A stretch of 64,000 nt of DNA. Origin: Eutreptiella sp. 'Long Island Sound 2002' (Eukaryota > Protista > Euglenida). The position numbers and the translations under genes were made by a program. The stretch covers positions 38,750,001 through 38,814,000 of the forward strand of contig OZ038379.1 in assembly GCA_964036045.1 (NCBI GenBank), in the 5' to 3' direction. The notes under the pieces are model-generated. The model was given only the letters and a program-made list of their open reading frames with translations. It was not told where the DNA came from and did not search any database. Every line of letters starts with the position of its first letter. Position 1 is the first letter of the stretch. Below, piece after piece: positions 1-11,614 of the stretch.

Positions 1-797
1 GGGCGCTTCCACGCGACGGTGTGCCACTGAAACTTGTTGTGGGCCGCCCTAACCTCTTGGCATACCGCATTGTTGATGTCCATTGATTCTTGCGCGAGAA
101 TGTACCCCCGGCGTCGATCTGAGTCCTCCCCATGTGCCCCTAGCGGCATGGTACCGTGTGCCGCCTTGATACGGTCGTCGGATACACCAATAAGTAGTGG
201 TGGTGGAACAAAGGGGATGGTAATGGGGTCCTTGTTGTGTGTCACCCATAGCCCATCGCAAGTTGTTCCCGGCCCATGTTCACTCCATTGGTGAGGGGAG
301 TTTCTTCGGAGGAAGTACACGGGACTTGACAAACTTGGATCCTTTTCCATGGACAAGCAAAGGCGGTGCTGCAAATGTCCTTGCCATGATGTGTGTTTCC
401 AGGAGGCGCCTTGGGGTGCATCCGCTCGGAGGTCTAGGCACCCGTTATCCAGGCTCTCATGGTACACCGTCCCTTGGCGGCCATCCCCATCGACAGTACC
501 GGCGGTGTACACGAACAGGTGCTCCGGGTCTTTGCCACTGAGCCGTACCACCACAAGCTGCACATCTAGGTTCCCTTCCAAAATATCCTGTAGAACATCA
601 CTGAAGCACCCTGTGGATCGCTTGGAGGTGAACATAGGCAGCATCTTGACATGCGCCATGGTACCATCGCATTGCACCTGCATAATCTCCCTCACAAGGA
701 TGAATTGCGTGGACATTTTGGCAGCATGAACCACCAACGCCCTCGTGGTTCCCATGGTGCCCATCGACCCCTTTGCAAGGTTGTCCACTTTTGGCAT
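1..797 (-). CDS. Open reading frame of unknown function (at least 265 codons) running off the window start
   Basis: I translated the minus frame by hand: no stop from 914 to 1, first ATG at 797 (MPKVDNLAKGSMG...DVLQDILEGNLDVQLVVVRLSGKDPEHLFVY...). It is absent from the ORF track, presumably because it lacks an in-window stop. No family recognised. Confidence 0.45.
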   Translation of the reverse strand, partial: MPKVDNLAKGSMGTMGTTRALVVHAAKMSTQFILVREIMQVQCDGTMAHVKMLPMFTSKRSTGCFSDVLQDILEGNLDVQLVVVRLSGKDPEHLFVYTAGTVDGDGRQGTVYHESLDNGCLDLRADAPQGASWKHTSWQGHLQHRLCLSMEKDPSLSSPVYFLRRNSPHQWSEHGPGTTCDGLWVTHNKDPITIPFVPPPLLIGVSDDRIKAAHGTMPLGAHGEDSDRRRGYILAQESMDINNAVCQEVRAAHNKFQWHTVAWKR

Positions 798-1184
798 TGC
801 AATGGAAGAGAGGAAGTAGCCAACTAATATAAGCCACTGGCGTACACAGGTGTCAAGACAAGGGATTGTCCATAGACATGGGGTGCAAGCAGGCCTCAAG
901 ACACGCAGTTGTCGTCAGATAGGTAGTACAACATAAGGGGGCTGTCATCCGATAGACCCCTGTCTTGTGCGAAAACAGGGGCTGTCGTTAGAAATAAAAA
1001 AGTTATCCAAAACACAAGCGCACTACGCAACCACTTATTTGTGGGCTATTTGCGGCTGATCCGGTGCAAAAAAAACAAACAAACTAAGAACATGCAAAGG
1101 TGCGGGGTATGGTCTGCAAAAAAAAGGCTGCAACAGGGGGGGGGGGGGGGTTGGCTTCATCCCATTTTACTACACATCCTGCTG

Positions 1185-1808
1185 CTACCGCTTTTCCCGG
1201 TGCATATGAGCTGCCCAGTTCGCATCTTGAAAAAGTGTGACCGGATGTCCGCTGCCCATGTGGAGCCCAAGATGGCGCCTATCATCTTCCATATGAGAGA
1301 ACAAAGAAGCAGTTATCATGTCGGATGGGTGCAAGGAGTCGAAGTAGTGAAGGATCCAAAGACGAAAGAAACCCACCACAAGCTCTTCCTGTGCCAGTGC
1401 TTTAGCTACCAGATCCACACGCGTGACACGAGGAGTGACTCCAAGGCTGCAATCGTATTCTTCTCTTTGCCGAAAGTCCTCCACAATGGTCAGGCTGCGA
1501 GCATGTGCGTCACTTGCCCTGTGCTTTTCTTGCCGTGTCCGCCCCGTTGGCATGCCAAGATGCAGTACACCTTTGGTCTCGACGAGAAAGTGGATCTTGG
1601 GAGACTTCTTGGGCTGCCCGTTCCGTAGCGCCCTCCACCTTCGCCTACCATAGTGCGCTTTTTGCCTTGGCCACCCTGGCCGGTTCATCCTCTTCACTGG
1701 TAGATGAGCCGCCGCTGCTGCTTCTGCTCGTCCAACGACCTCATCCACTGCCCGACCCGCTACCCGTGCCAGTGCCACTGCCACTAGGGCTCCCTGACCC
1801 CGACTCAT
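1185..1808 (-). CDS. Possible 207-aa ORF of unknown function
   Basis: ORF track; ordinary globular-like composition in the C-terminal two thirds; same strand as the 1-797 ORF. No motif recognised. Confidence 0.25.
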   Translation of the reverse strand: MSRGQGALVAVALARVAGRAVDEVVGRAEAAAAAHLPVKRMNRPGWPRQKAHYGRRRWRALRNGQPKKSPKIHFLVETKGVLHLGMPTGRTRQEKHRASDAHARSLTIVEDFRQREEYDCSLGVTPRVTRVDLVAKALAQEELVVGFFRLWILHYFDSLHPSDMITASLFSHMEDDRRHLGLHMGSGHPVTLFQDANWAAHMHREKR

Positions 1809-2583
1809 TGTTCACACTTAGGGGGGGGGCTCTCCAGAATGGTGGACCATGGTGCGTTCCCTAACGTCATCCTACCCACTTCGGCTTTCCCTTTCACATT
1901 TGGTCTCTCGCTATCTTTCTATTTTTCTTTCTCACTTTTATTTTGCTCAATTTGGGCCTTCTCCTTCTTTTTCTCCGTACTCTTCTCCTTCGCCTTCTTT
2001 GTCTCTTTCTTGTGTTTTGGGTCGTCCGGCATAGAATGCATGTTGTTCGCGTCTTGCACGTTGGCTTCACAATTGTCCCTAGAGCCAAGCACAGCATCTT
2101 GCAAGTCCGTCGCGTCGGGCGCGTTCGGCTTTCATTTTATCCCTTGGAACAAGGCAGGCGTCGTGTGTGTTGTGCAGGTGCAGCACACCTCATTGGGAAC
2201 GAATCCCCAAAAGCAGCCGCCTTTAAGCATGTGCAGCGCAATCTTGCAATCGCCTTAGTTGCGTTCATTGTCAAACTTCCTCTCCTTCCCGTCAAGTGGT
2301 GCATCACTACAAGAAATGCTTGGGTACCACACCGCACCCTGTTGAGGGTTTGTATTCTCCGCGTCTTCCGTGTCCTGCATGTTGTCTATGCTGAAGTCTC
2401 CAGCCGCAAGTGCCGTCGTTGAGCGCGTCGTACGCACTTTCCACGTTGGCTCTTTGTGTGTCCCTGGGGCCCGATTGTCGTGGCACGCGTGCTACGCGCT
2501 TTGCAGTCTGCCACATTGCTTGCAGAATGCCACGATTTGCCAATGGGGATTACGATGTTGCCTATGGCTGCAACCCGGACAAT

Positions 2584-3344
2584 CTAGGGGTGGTGGAAAA
2601 TTGGCTTGCGCCCACGGGGGGTCACGGATGTCCATTTCCCAAACCCCCCCCCCCTTCTGGCCCGCCGTGACGGGGCAATGACAACCGGTATACACAGCCC
2701 CCCAGTCCCCCCCCCCTACCCCCAACGGTGGTGGTATTTATGTCCGGTCTATTCCGGTTGCATCCCATAGCACGGGGGGGGGGGGGGTGCAACGCCCCAC
2801 CATGGCCTCCCGTTGGCAAATTAGTCTGATGCAGATGTCAATGAAGACACATTTGCTGTCAGTGGCCCCCTGTGTTTAACTGACTTTTGTTTGTTTCCTT
2901 GTCAGGGGCTGGTTGCTTCGGGGAAAGGGGTGGAGAGCAGGGGGGGGGGGGTTTAAGGGGTATGTGTGCCTGTGATTGACACAAAGGGTCCCCCCTGATG
3001 GGGGGACTTGTAGAAAACTGTCTTGGGGGGGGCATGCACATGCAAACATGCAAACATGAAGACATCAAAAGGACCAAAAAAGCGAAGGGAAAAAACCATT
3101 ACATGAAGCTGGGATTGAACCCAGGACTCTGGAATTGGAGCCTAGGTCCGCTACCAACTAAGCTAAGTCAGGATCTGGCTGAAATCAAAAATCAGAGAGC
3201 GTATAGCATACTAAAAAAAAAACGCTGACAATGAGGACCATACATAGGTCCTGTCACAGGTGTCCATTTCCCAACCCCCCCCCCCCTCCTTCAGGCGACA
3301 GCCGTGACCCCCCCCGGGCGCAAGCCAATTTTCCACATGCCTAG
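2584..3344. mobile_element. MITE-like non-autonomous element (~760 bp) with ~44-bp terminal inverted repeats
   Basis: 2584-2627 and 3302-3344 are inverted repeats with an exact 21-bp core GTGGAAAATTGGCTTGCGCCC. Both ends finish in CTAG (either TIR tip or palindromic TSD). An internal direct repeat TGTCCATTTCCCAA-polyC occurs at ~2629 and ~3261. Confidence 0.7.
3101..3172 (-). pseudogene. tRNA-Trp(CCA)-like pseudogene / Pol III unit inside the MITE
   Basis: Minus strand shows A-box TAGCTTAGTTGGTAG, anticodon loop CT-CCA-AT, T-arm CTGGG-TTCAAT-CCCAG and a T6 run just downstream. Acceptor and anticodon stems carry mismatches and the T-loop is 6 nt. Confidence 0.6.
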
Positions 3345-6160
3345 GCAGTTCTGGATTGTAGCAGAAAGAATTGTTCCAACTGAAAAGAGCCCCTCAATAC
3401 TTTAAGACAAATTTCCCCACCACTGCACGGCACAAGGCAGCCGCCTCCAGTACCCGCAAGGGTGGAAAGTGCACGTAAGGCCATTCCTCTGCCGAACCTT
3501 ATGCCGAAACCCCACAAGGTGTGAAGCCGGAAAGCGTGGCGTTGGGATCGCTGAGCGTAGTGCAAACACACACGACTTTGGTCGAGCGGGACAAATCAAA
3601 GCTACTCGTCCGTACCTTTTCCGAGATTAGTGGTGTGCGCAATGACAAACTCATCGACATGCCCTTTAAGAGCATGGCCATCAAGTATGAACGGACAGTG
3701 AAGGCTGCTGACCAGTTGCGGTACATGATGACGGAGGAGCATGATGCTAATGAGGAGGCCCTTGCAAATTTGGGCAAGAATTGGCAACTCATCATTAGCC
3801 GGGAGCACGACGAGTACATGGGATGGATGCGACAAAAAATATGCCGTCCATGTGTCCACCGCGTTGCACGATGGCGCCAAATGTGCCCCTGCATGGCCGT
3901 TATACCGTCGCGCGCGTTGGGTGTCACAGTGTCCCGGGGGCGGGCACATCACCCGCATTCCGTCATACTGTTTGTAGACGTCGGATTATTATCCGCCATA
4001 CCAACCGCAGCCGTACCAACCTTAGTCGGCCTAAACCGAGCGCCCGATTTTCTAGCACGTGTCATAAACACCTTGTTTTTGTAAACCCATAAAAAAAGCG
4101 AGGATTTTGGACTTGGCGGCAGTAATTCGGGGGGGGGGGGGGTCCCGGACCCGTAAAAAATAGGGGAAATGTGTTTTTTGGGTGGGGTTGAGCACGGGGT
4201 GGCAGTGCAAGAATAGGCACATGAGAAGCCACAATGGCACGTTTTCTCAACCTTTTTGAGTATTTTTCCATTACCAGACCTGTTGCCCCATTACCAGCCT
4301 CACAAGCGATGGCCAATATTTGTCTGTGCTGTTCAGCAAGCAGCACCTTTGAGCAACATGTGGGTGGAAGAACACAGCATGCAGGGCACATAGGGTATGA
4401 CAATAGTACTGAACCGTATAGTCTCGGATCGTGTATAAGGTAGGCTAAAAACTGCAAAATGAAAAAAGAATCAGCTTTGGCTCATTTTTTTGGCCCAAGC
4501 GAATAAATACATCGCTTAAAAACTATACTCACATATAGTATTGCTAGCAGTCCTGACATGACCAATTGTCATCCTTTGCCTCCTCCTTGTGCTAGGCTTG
4601 TTTCTTCTCCCGCTCCTTATTCACACCTACGTCCTCTACCTCTAACTGTGACACCTCTTCACGTCTCACTTTGCCGGGTGTGGTCTTTTTTGGTGGTGTA
4701 AATTCCTCGTCCTCTGCTGGAATTAGGTCCCCATCATCGTCATCCTCATCCTAGGACTTGTGAACATCCATGCACACCGCACACCACTAAGCAAGCTGTT
4801 GCACATAAAGGTTGCCATTGGCACACCTAGCTTGGATTGCTTCGATGTAGTCTTTCAACTCTGCCTTCGGCCCGTGAACAACACTTCAACACAGACAAGT
4901 TTCGGCAGTGAAAAGGGAGACCAGGCAAACAACTGCAAGTTTCAATCCAGACCCGGTCACCAGGCACGTCAGAGTTCTCCCCGTGAGGCTGCTTGGGGCA
5001 GAGACCAAAACACTTCAACAAAAAACCAAGCACGCGAACCGTCATTGGCGACTTCACAACACCCTGATAAGCATTCAAGTAATTAGGCATCTTCACAGGG
5101 ACCTCTTCCGGAAACCCGACAACAGCTTGAATTTCTCTTCATTTATAGTAAGCATGTGTACTGCCAGAGTCAAACAGGCTAATCGTCGGCCAATTCCAAC
5201 CAACACAGAACTCACATCCCTCAGCTCTGTGTGAGTTGACTTGCTTTCCACCACAGGACCCACAATACAAATAGGATCCCTAGCCCGAAGCCGCCGGTGA
5301 AGCATTGGGCGCACGTAAAACTTTTGGTGCTGTTGTAACTAAATAAACATCTGTAGGACAACAACGGGCAATTTCAAGCACTTACCAAGCAAGTTTGATT
5401 CTCGGGAGGAGCCAAAGCTTATAAAGTTCGCAAACGATCAAAATATGCACAAGAGAAACATTAGCGTGACCCAAAACAAAGCACACCATTTGAAAGCAAC
5501 GGTTCGTCAAGCCCCCGGTAGTGCCCGCTTTACCATGTGGAGGAACTTCACTTGTGGTCCCTGTATCAATTCCCCATCGCGCGAAATATGTCCTTCAACG
5601 TGCATTTTGTGTGCAGCCTCGTCACTAGTCTCCAACTCAGACGCCAACACGGGTCTTGCTAGGATGCTCCGGAATTAAGCTGCTCCATTCTGCTCCTTCC
5701 CAAATCGGCGCTTTCTTGATTGGTTCGTAGGGTGGGTACTCGTCCTGGTGCTGCGGTGTCCATCTTCCGAGATGACATTTCACCGTTGCCGGTCCCAACC
5801 CTAGACACCTACGTTAAAACCAATAGGGTTAATTATAATTTTGAGTGTATGAAAGGGTGTAAAAATCAACCTGTCAAATATTAACACATTAACCCAATTT
5901 TGGCACATTTGCCCCGCTTTGCTTGTGCGCGTACCATGCCCATTTGAAGTGTTTGGGTGGTCAACGGGTGCCCAACGGGTTGCTACAGGGGTTGCATAGT
6001 CCTATAGGTGGTTATGTAGACCCAGACATCCCTCTCCGGTCCCCCCACTCACCCTACTCCCAACCTCCTTTTTCCCTTGCGTAGCTCTTGTTATGCCTTT
6101 CTCTCGTGACACCCTTCTCGAGTTTAATGTGACGCTCACGTGTGAATTGGGGCCAAGAGT

Positions 6161-7050
6161 TTGCGCAACTCTTTGGTCTCCCAACTCCTTGGTGAGTGGG
6201 TGGCCTCATCCCCTTTGGCCAAAGCACGTAGTACGAGGCCACCGAGGTTGCCCAAGTCACCGTCATCCGCAAAAAGCAACCGTCCTCTTCCGCGCACACG
6301 AATTGATTGGGTTACTTATGGACTTGAATGTCCCCAAGGCGGCTTTCAGCATGTGTCGGAGTTCATGAGCCGCCGGGGGACCACGTACACAGCCGCAACG
6401 GGCCTCCCATTCCCCCGCCCCATCCTTCACGTGACCGCTTCATGGACACATGGAAGGAGTTGGTCAAGCCGCTTGAGCTAGATCGACCCGTGTCCGTGGC
6501 GGATCCCCCCACAAGCGGCCGCTCTTGGCCGTTGCAATCATGGGCCCGCTACATCCAATCGCGTCCAGCCCTTGTGGACACCATTGATTGGAAGCAGCCA
6601 CTCACTTTCCTCCCCCACGGGAATGCCTACCCATGCACCAGTGCAAGTTGGACCCAACTTTCCATCGGCCTCCTCAACCACGGCGCACGGGGCCGACCAC
6701 CCGCCTACCTATGGGTGATTGGCATGGCCGTATGCGGGGACAAGGACATGGCCGCACTAGCGATAATATGGTTCCAAAACTCCCTGGTATACGGCCGTTT
6801 TTCTTTGGTTTTGGTTTTTGCGTTAGTTTCTCGAGGTTACTATTTAATATTTGGCATATATCAATAAGAGCTGAAAAATCAATCTAAGATGACCCTCCAA
6901 AAATTAATGCAAAAATTAATTCCCCTTTTTTTGTAGATTTTGCAGCACATTGATGACCACAAGGGGTTCTAGTGGGCATCACGCTACTTACCCAGTGTGC
7001 TAGCCATTTAGGGTGACCACCTACTTGTGCACCGCCCCATTGTCACCTCT
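6161..7050 (+). pseudogene. Frameshifted RAG1/CMC-fold DDE transposase remnant (paralog of 17123-19119)
   Basis: WKELVKPLELDRP...SWPLQSWARYIQSRPALV...LTFLPHGNAYP...WTQLSIGL aligns with WKELVPPVQLDNP...SWPFASWVTYILSRPGLV...LTFIVRGDAYP...WTQLTISL. First catalytic D is replaced by N. Phase-0 GT donor at 6787 sits at the same protein position as in A1. A GDH (second D) motif lies at 7011-7019. Confidence 0.8.
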
Positions 7051-7089
7051 ACCTCCCCCATAGTGTGCTCCACATACAAAATATACAGC

Positions 7090-9400
7090 AACAATGCACC
7101 TTTTCTTGTGTGGCATGGGAAGAAACACACAAGCACATGCGCACACACACACACACACACAATAATATTGGCACCCCCACACATTTGTCCCCTCCCACAC
7201 ACATCCTTCCTATCTCCTCCCTTTGTCCTCCCCCTCCCCTTGTGGTTAACGTTTGGGAGGGTATGCCCCTTTCTTTCTGCAGGACTTTTGGAGATGTAAG
7301 AAAAATATTTTGATCATGGGACCAATCAAGAAAGCTGGTAGGTGTGTGTGTCTAGGTGTGTGTGTCTCCGTAGTGGCCAGATTGTAGGCCGTAGATTGCC
7401 CCAAAGCTGATAAAGGGGCTAGTTCATGCTTTCTTTGCACTGCCAATCTCCCCCCCTTGCGATTGTGCTGTGTGTGGGTTGTGATGTGTGGGGTGTGATG
7501 TGTTGGGATGTGGTTTTTAGGGGTCCGGTGTGTGGGGGACCAGGGTGTTTGGAGTTGTGGTGCGTGGGGCTGTGATCTGTGGGGCTATGGTGTGTGGGAG
7601 AGTAGGTTCTTAGGATCTAGGTCAAACGGTCCTGTAACCCCCTAGAGCAACCCTCCCCCCCAACCAACCGAGTTGGGTGTGTTATAGCGTTGCGTGGTGT
7701 TCCCGTGGTATGTAACCCCCCCCCAAGGGCCCCCCAAAAGCCCCCCCCCCCCTCGCCCGCGTCCCCAAAATGTAGTGGCACAACAGTGATGCATGCGCCC
7801 TGAGGGGGTTTGCTTTGTGTTGTGGATGTTTTTATTCACGTTAATATTTGAAACGTGGGTTAATTTTTGTAGGTCAACATTAACAGATTAACGACATCAA
7901 CAATTAATATCTAATATATGAATTAATATTTGGCCCGATGATATTACCCTGCAAAAATTCATGCCAGGGGGCGAAAACGTAACTCTCGGTTTTTCGTGGG
8001 TTTTTCGCACATGCAACATGTGGAGGGGCGGCCAAACCACTGCACACCACACAGCCGCACACGCCACCGCCCTACATTCCACAACCCCGCACCCTACAGC
8101 CCCAAAGCCCACAACCCCAAGCACTACACCCCCAAACACCACGGCCTGGCACGCCACAGCTACACACCTCGCAGCCCAACATACCATAGCCCTTCACAGT
8201 TGTGGCCCACACCCCACAGGCTCGCCCCCTACAGCCCCATACACCATGGCCCCCCCACACCCCCACCCCACATCCCACAACCCCACACCACGCGGCTCCA
8301 CACCCCACAGCCCCACACCCCACAGGCAGAGGCACCACATCGCCAAACACCAGAGCCCAACACGCCACAGCCCCCTAGCCCGCTGCGCAAGACACCACAA
8401 GCCCACCCCCCCACTGCCCTACGCCCCAGAGCCCCACACCCCACAGCCCCACACACCACAGCCGCACACACCACAACCGCATACACCACAGCTCCACACA
8501 CCCCAGCTCTGTACACTGCATCACCACACCCACAACCCCACACATCCCAGTATGACACTGCAAAGGCCCACACACCACAGGCCGACACACCAAAGCCCCA
8601 CATTGCCCCAATTGTTTCAGGTGAACTTTTTGACCGCCACCATTAATGTTGGCAGGTTAATATTTAATTTTTAGACCGGTGTTCGAAACATTAAAATTAA
8701 CAGTTAATATTAACCTTCAAGAAACCAAAAAAATGTCACAAAAATTAATTGTGGCCCTCAGTCCCTCGTGCACTGTTTTTTGCTCCCATACAACCCATCA
8801 CAGTGCCGCAATGCACCCCCACAGCATCCCCACCAACACATGCAACAACCCCACACACCACAGCACCAAAAACCAAACCCACAGACCATGGCCCAGCACA
8901 CCGCATCATAGCCCCACACACCACAGACCTGGAGACCACATCCCCTCACACCACAGACCCACACACCACAGCCCCGGACGACACATCCCACACACCACAC
9001 TACCAAAGGGGGGGGGAGGGTTAACATTGCAAACAAAGCCTGAACTAGCCGCTTTATCTGCTTGGGGGCAATCTACACCCTACAACCCAGCCACAATGCA
9101 CATGTACACACCCACACAAGCCCCACACAAGCACACACACACACACACACCAAGACACACATACCTCCAAGCTTTTGTGATTGGTCTTGCCTGCAAAAAT
9201 GTTTTGACGAACATCTCCAAAAAACCTACATAAAGAAAGGGGCATACCCTCCCAAACCCAAACCCCAAGGGCAAGGGAAGAAAAGAAGAAGGATTAGGGA
9301 GGGATGTGCGGGGGGGGCTGCCAATATGTGTGTGTGTGTGTGTGTGTGCAGGAAAAGGGGGGGGGCATCCACTTTAGTAAGGCACAAGAACTATGCATGC
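7090..9400. repeat. Diverged inverted duplication (7090-7445 vs 9020-9400) plus CA/CCCCACA-rich low-complexity tracts
   Basis: GGGAGGGTATGCCCCTTTTCTTT at ~7255 vs AAAGAAAGGGGCATACCCTCCC at ~9231, and GTAGATTGCCCCAAAGC vs GCTTGGGGGCAATCTAC; (CA)n blocks in both arms. Confidence 0.75.
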
Positions 9401-10104
9401 CCCCTAGTATGTTTGGCTTGTTGTTGTGCATTTGTAGGGGAGGTTGATATTTGCGGCAGTGTATTAATTTTTCGCAGGTTAATATGAATGCTGGCGACTC
9501 ATTAATTTTTAATGTTTCAAATATTAAACGAAAAATTAAACTCAAAAATTGGAGCCGAGGACTCTTTTAATATTTTCCCCATGAAAGCAGGTGAGGACCC
9601 CCCCCAACCCCCGGGTGAAAATGGCACCCGATCCAGTAAGGCACCCCATTGGGGTAGAATTTCTCACGTCTAAGCCCCTCACCCCCCCTCCCCGAAAAAA
9701 GGTCAACTTTGGGTTAACGCATTAATTTTTGACACGAATATTAAACATATTGGGTTTAACATAGCTCTCTAGGGGCCAGGCGTCCCACCTTTGCCATTTC
9801 CTCATGCGTTCCTAGTATCACCACACGGGGGGGGGGGGGATTGCGACTGCACCAGACGTCTTCCAGACTGTAAGGGGAGTTGCGCACATACTTCTATTGG
9901 GATGCAGCAATGGGTTCTCAGGATGCATGAAGACCAGCTTCCAGTGCCTGTCACGCTTCCAGAGTCTCACGAGCTTTGCAGGGCCTGCAGCTGATGCGCA
10001 CTCGGATACCACATAGATGCAACTCTCCTTTGTGTGATCCCGGTACACTGCCGACGTGCACTTTAGGCCTATGATTGTCAGGTGTGAGAATTGCGGTCGG
10101 CGGG

Positions 10105-11245
10105 AATGAGCCATGGCTCATTTAAATTCTGAACGGTCGAAAAAGGGTCCAAAAATACCTTCCTTTTTGCTTTCAGCGTACGACCTCATCGCTACAGATA
10201 TTCGATTGTTAGTATGGTTGCCCAGTTGATATAGCGGCTTCCAGGTCCTTGAGACACTGTCATGTTAGGCACATAAGCCGCATAGCATAAGCTACAGAGC
10301 TCCACAGACCAGCGGGGTCTACTGTTTGGGGGGGAGGCATACCATGGTGACTTTTGCTTTGATGACGCCTGCCTTGCCAACTGCCATGTACACTACCTCA
10401 TGCGGGTCAATAGTATTGGGATCATCGAGTGGTCGTTGGATCTTGCTGATGCTGTGCTGACTAGCATTGTCCTCCCCTCTATGATCTCCCGGATATGCGG
10501 CCGACACTCTTTCTTCACCACTTAGCAACTCACTATCACCATCCATGAGGGTAGTGTCTCCTTCTTCTTCAAAGTATCCGCTGCCCACAATCGCATAGCC
10601 CGGGTTAGGTGGTGCTTTGCAATGACGAAAAGCTTGTTGTCTGCACATCAAGAAATTAGGGATTTGCAAAACAAACGAGCCAAAGCTCGTTCCGCCGCTG
10701 AAATGGCAAGCATGAACCCCCCTGGTGGCACACGTGTACAGCAGTGTTTAGCGGGGAACAATAGAGGGCATGTCGATACCCTGATCCATCTAGACATTGG
10801 CCTTCAGTGGCTTACGCGGGGGATTGGCCTGTAGGGACTCCAACCGTGCCTCAACATCCTCGTTGTCTATTTGGCGTGACTGTCTAAACTTGGCTGCCCG
10901 GTCCCATTCCAGCTTCAAAATGTGGATCTTCCGTCGCATTGGCTCACTGTACTTGTGTGTGTCCACGGCTTCCCATACGTGAGACACCTCGACCTTTTTG
11001 GATAACTGTTTGCCTACCGGGAGAGCCTGTGTAAGAGAACTCACCTATTTATCTTCCGTTTACTCCGGCTTAATACCAATGTCCGCTGCCGGGGGTGCCT
11101 CCTCGTTACTATCCCTCATGGGGGGTTAGTTGGATTGAGCCACAAAGAAGAAATCCACTACCGAACAGTATGAGGAAATGCGAAAATAGCAACAAAAGGG
11201 TACACCAAAGGTAGTCCTTCAAAAAAGAATAAGCCATGGCTCATT
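10105..11245. other. 1.1-kb segment bounded by two copies of an 18-bp palindrome
   Basis: AATGAGCCATGGCTCATT at 10105-10122 (perfect palindrome) and AATAAGCCATGGCTCATT at 11228-11245 (one mismatch). Confidence 0.6.
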
Positions 11246-11614
11246 CGCGGACGGATTAGTGATTATCACAGCTGACTGCTAACAATTGACGACCCAACCC
11301 TGCAACGTTCCTCCTCGAGCATAACATACTTACCAACCTCTGTCAAATTTGACGAGTGGACAAATTGTAGGTCCACACACACATCAACAGGCAACACATC
11401 ATCCCCAAGGTATATTGAGAGCCCCTGGTCCGAAGGGAGGGAGAGGGCCGTTCCCACCACCACCCGTCTGTTGTGGCTTGTTTTGCGATTGAGCTACAGC
11501 TCGTTGTTTAACCTTGGGTAGTACTTGAATAGGAACGGATTTGCGAAAGACCTTTATCACACGGGCACACAGCTATGCCCAATTTGGGGGGTATTTATAA
11601 AAATATGTATTAAA

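Larger units (their letters stand above)
5799..9774 (+). mobile_element. Decayed CCC-terminus DNA transposon (family A, copy A2)
   Basis: 35-bp TIRs at 5799-5833 and 9740-9774 match at 29/35 and start CCCTAGA. It encloses a paralog of the 17-19 kb transposase. No matching TSD (AA vs GC). Confidence 0.7.

Noticed and set aside
3101-3172. Functional tRNA-Trp gene
   Set aside because: Three acceptor-stem mismatches, an anticodon-stem mismatch and a 6-nt T-loop; kept only as a pseudogene or Pol III cassette.
3521-4084. piggyBac-like call for the 187-aa ORF
   Set aside because: Only a vague P...Y....AADQ resemblance, with no supporting upstream motifs.
7638-7650. CCCTAGAG as the true left end of A2, pairing with 9774
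   Set aside because: It matches only ~8 bp, versus 29/35 for the 5799 end.
7961-9233. His/Pro/Thr-rich and Cys/Gly/Val-rich ORFs as real genes
   Set aside because: They arise from CCCCACA/CA low-complexity repeats open in several frames on both strands.
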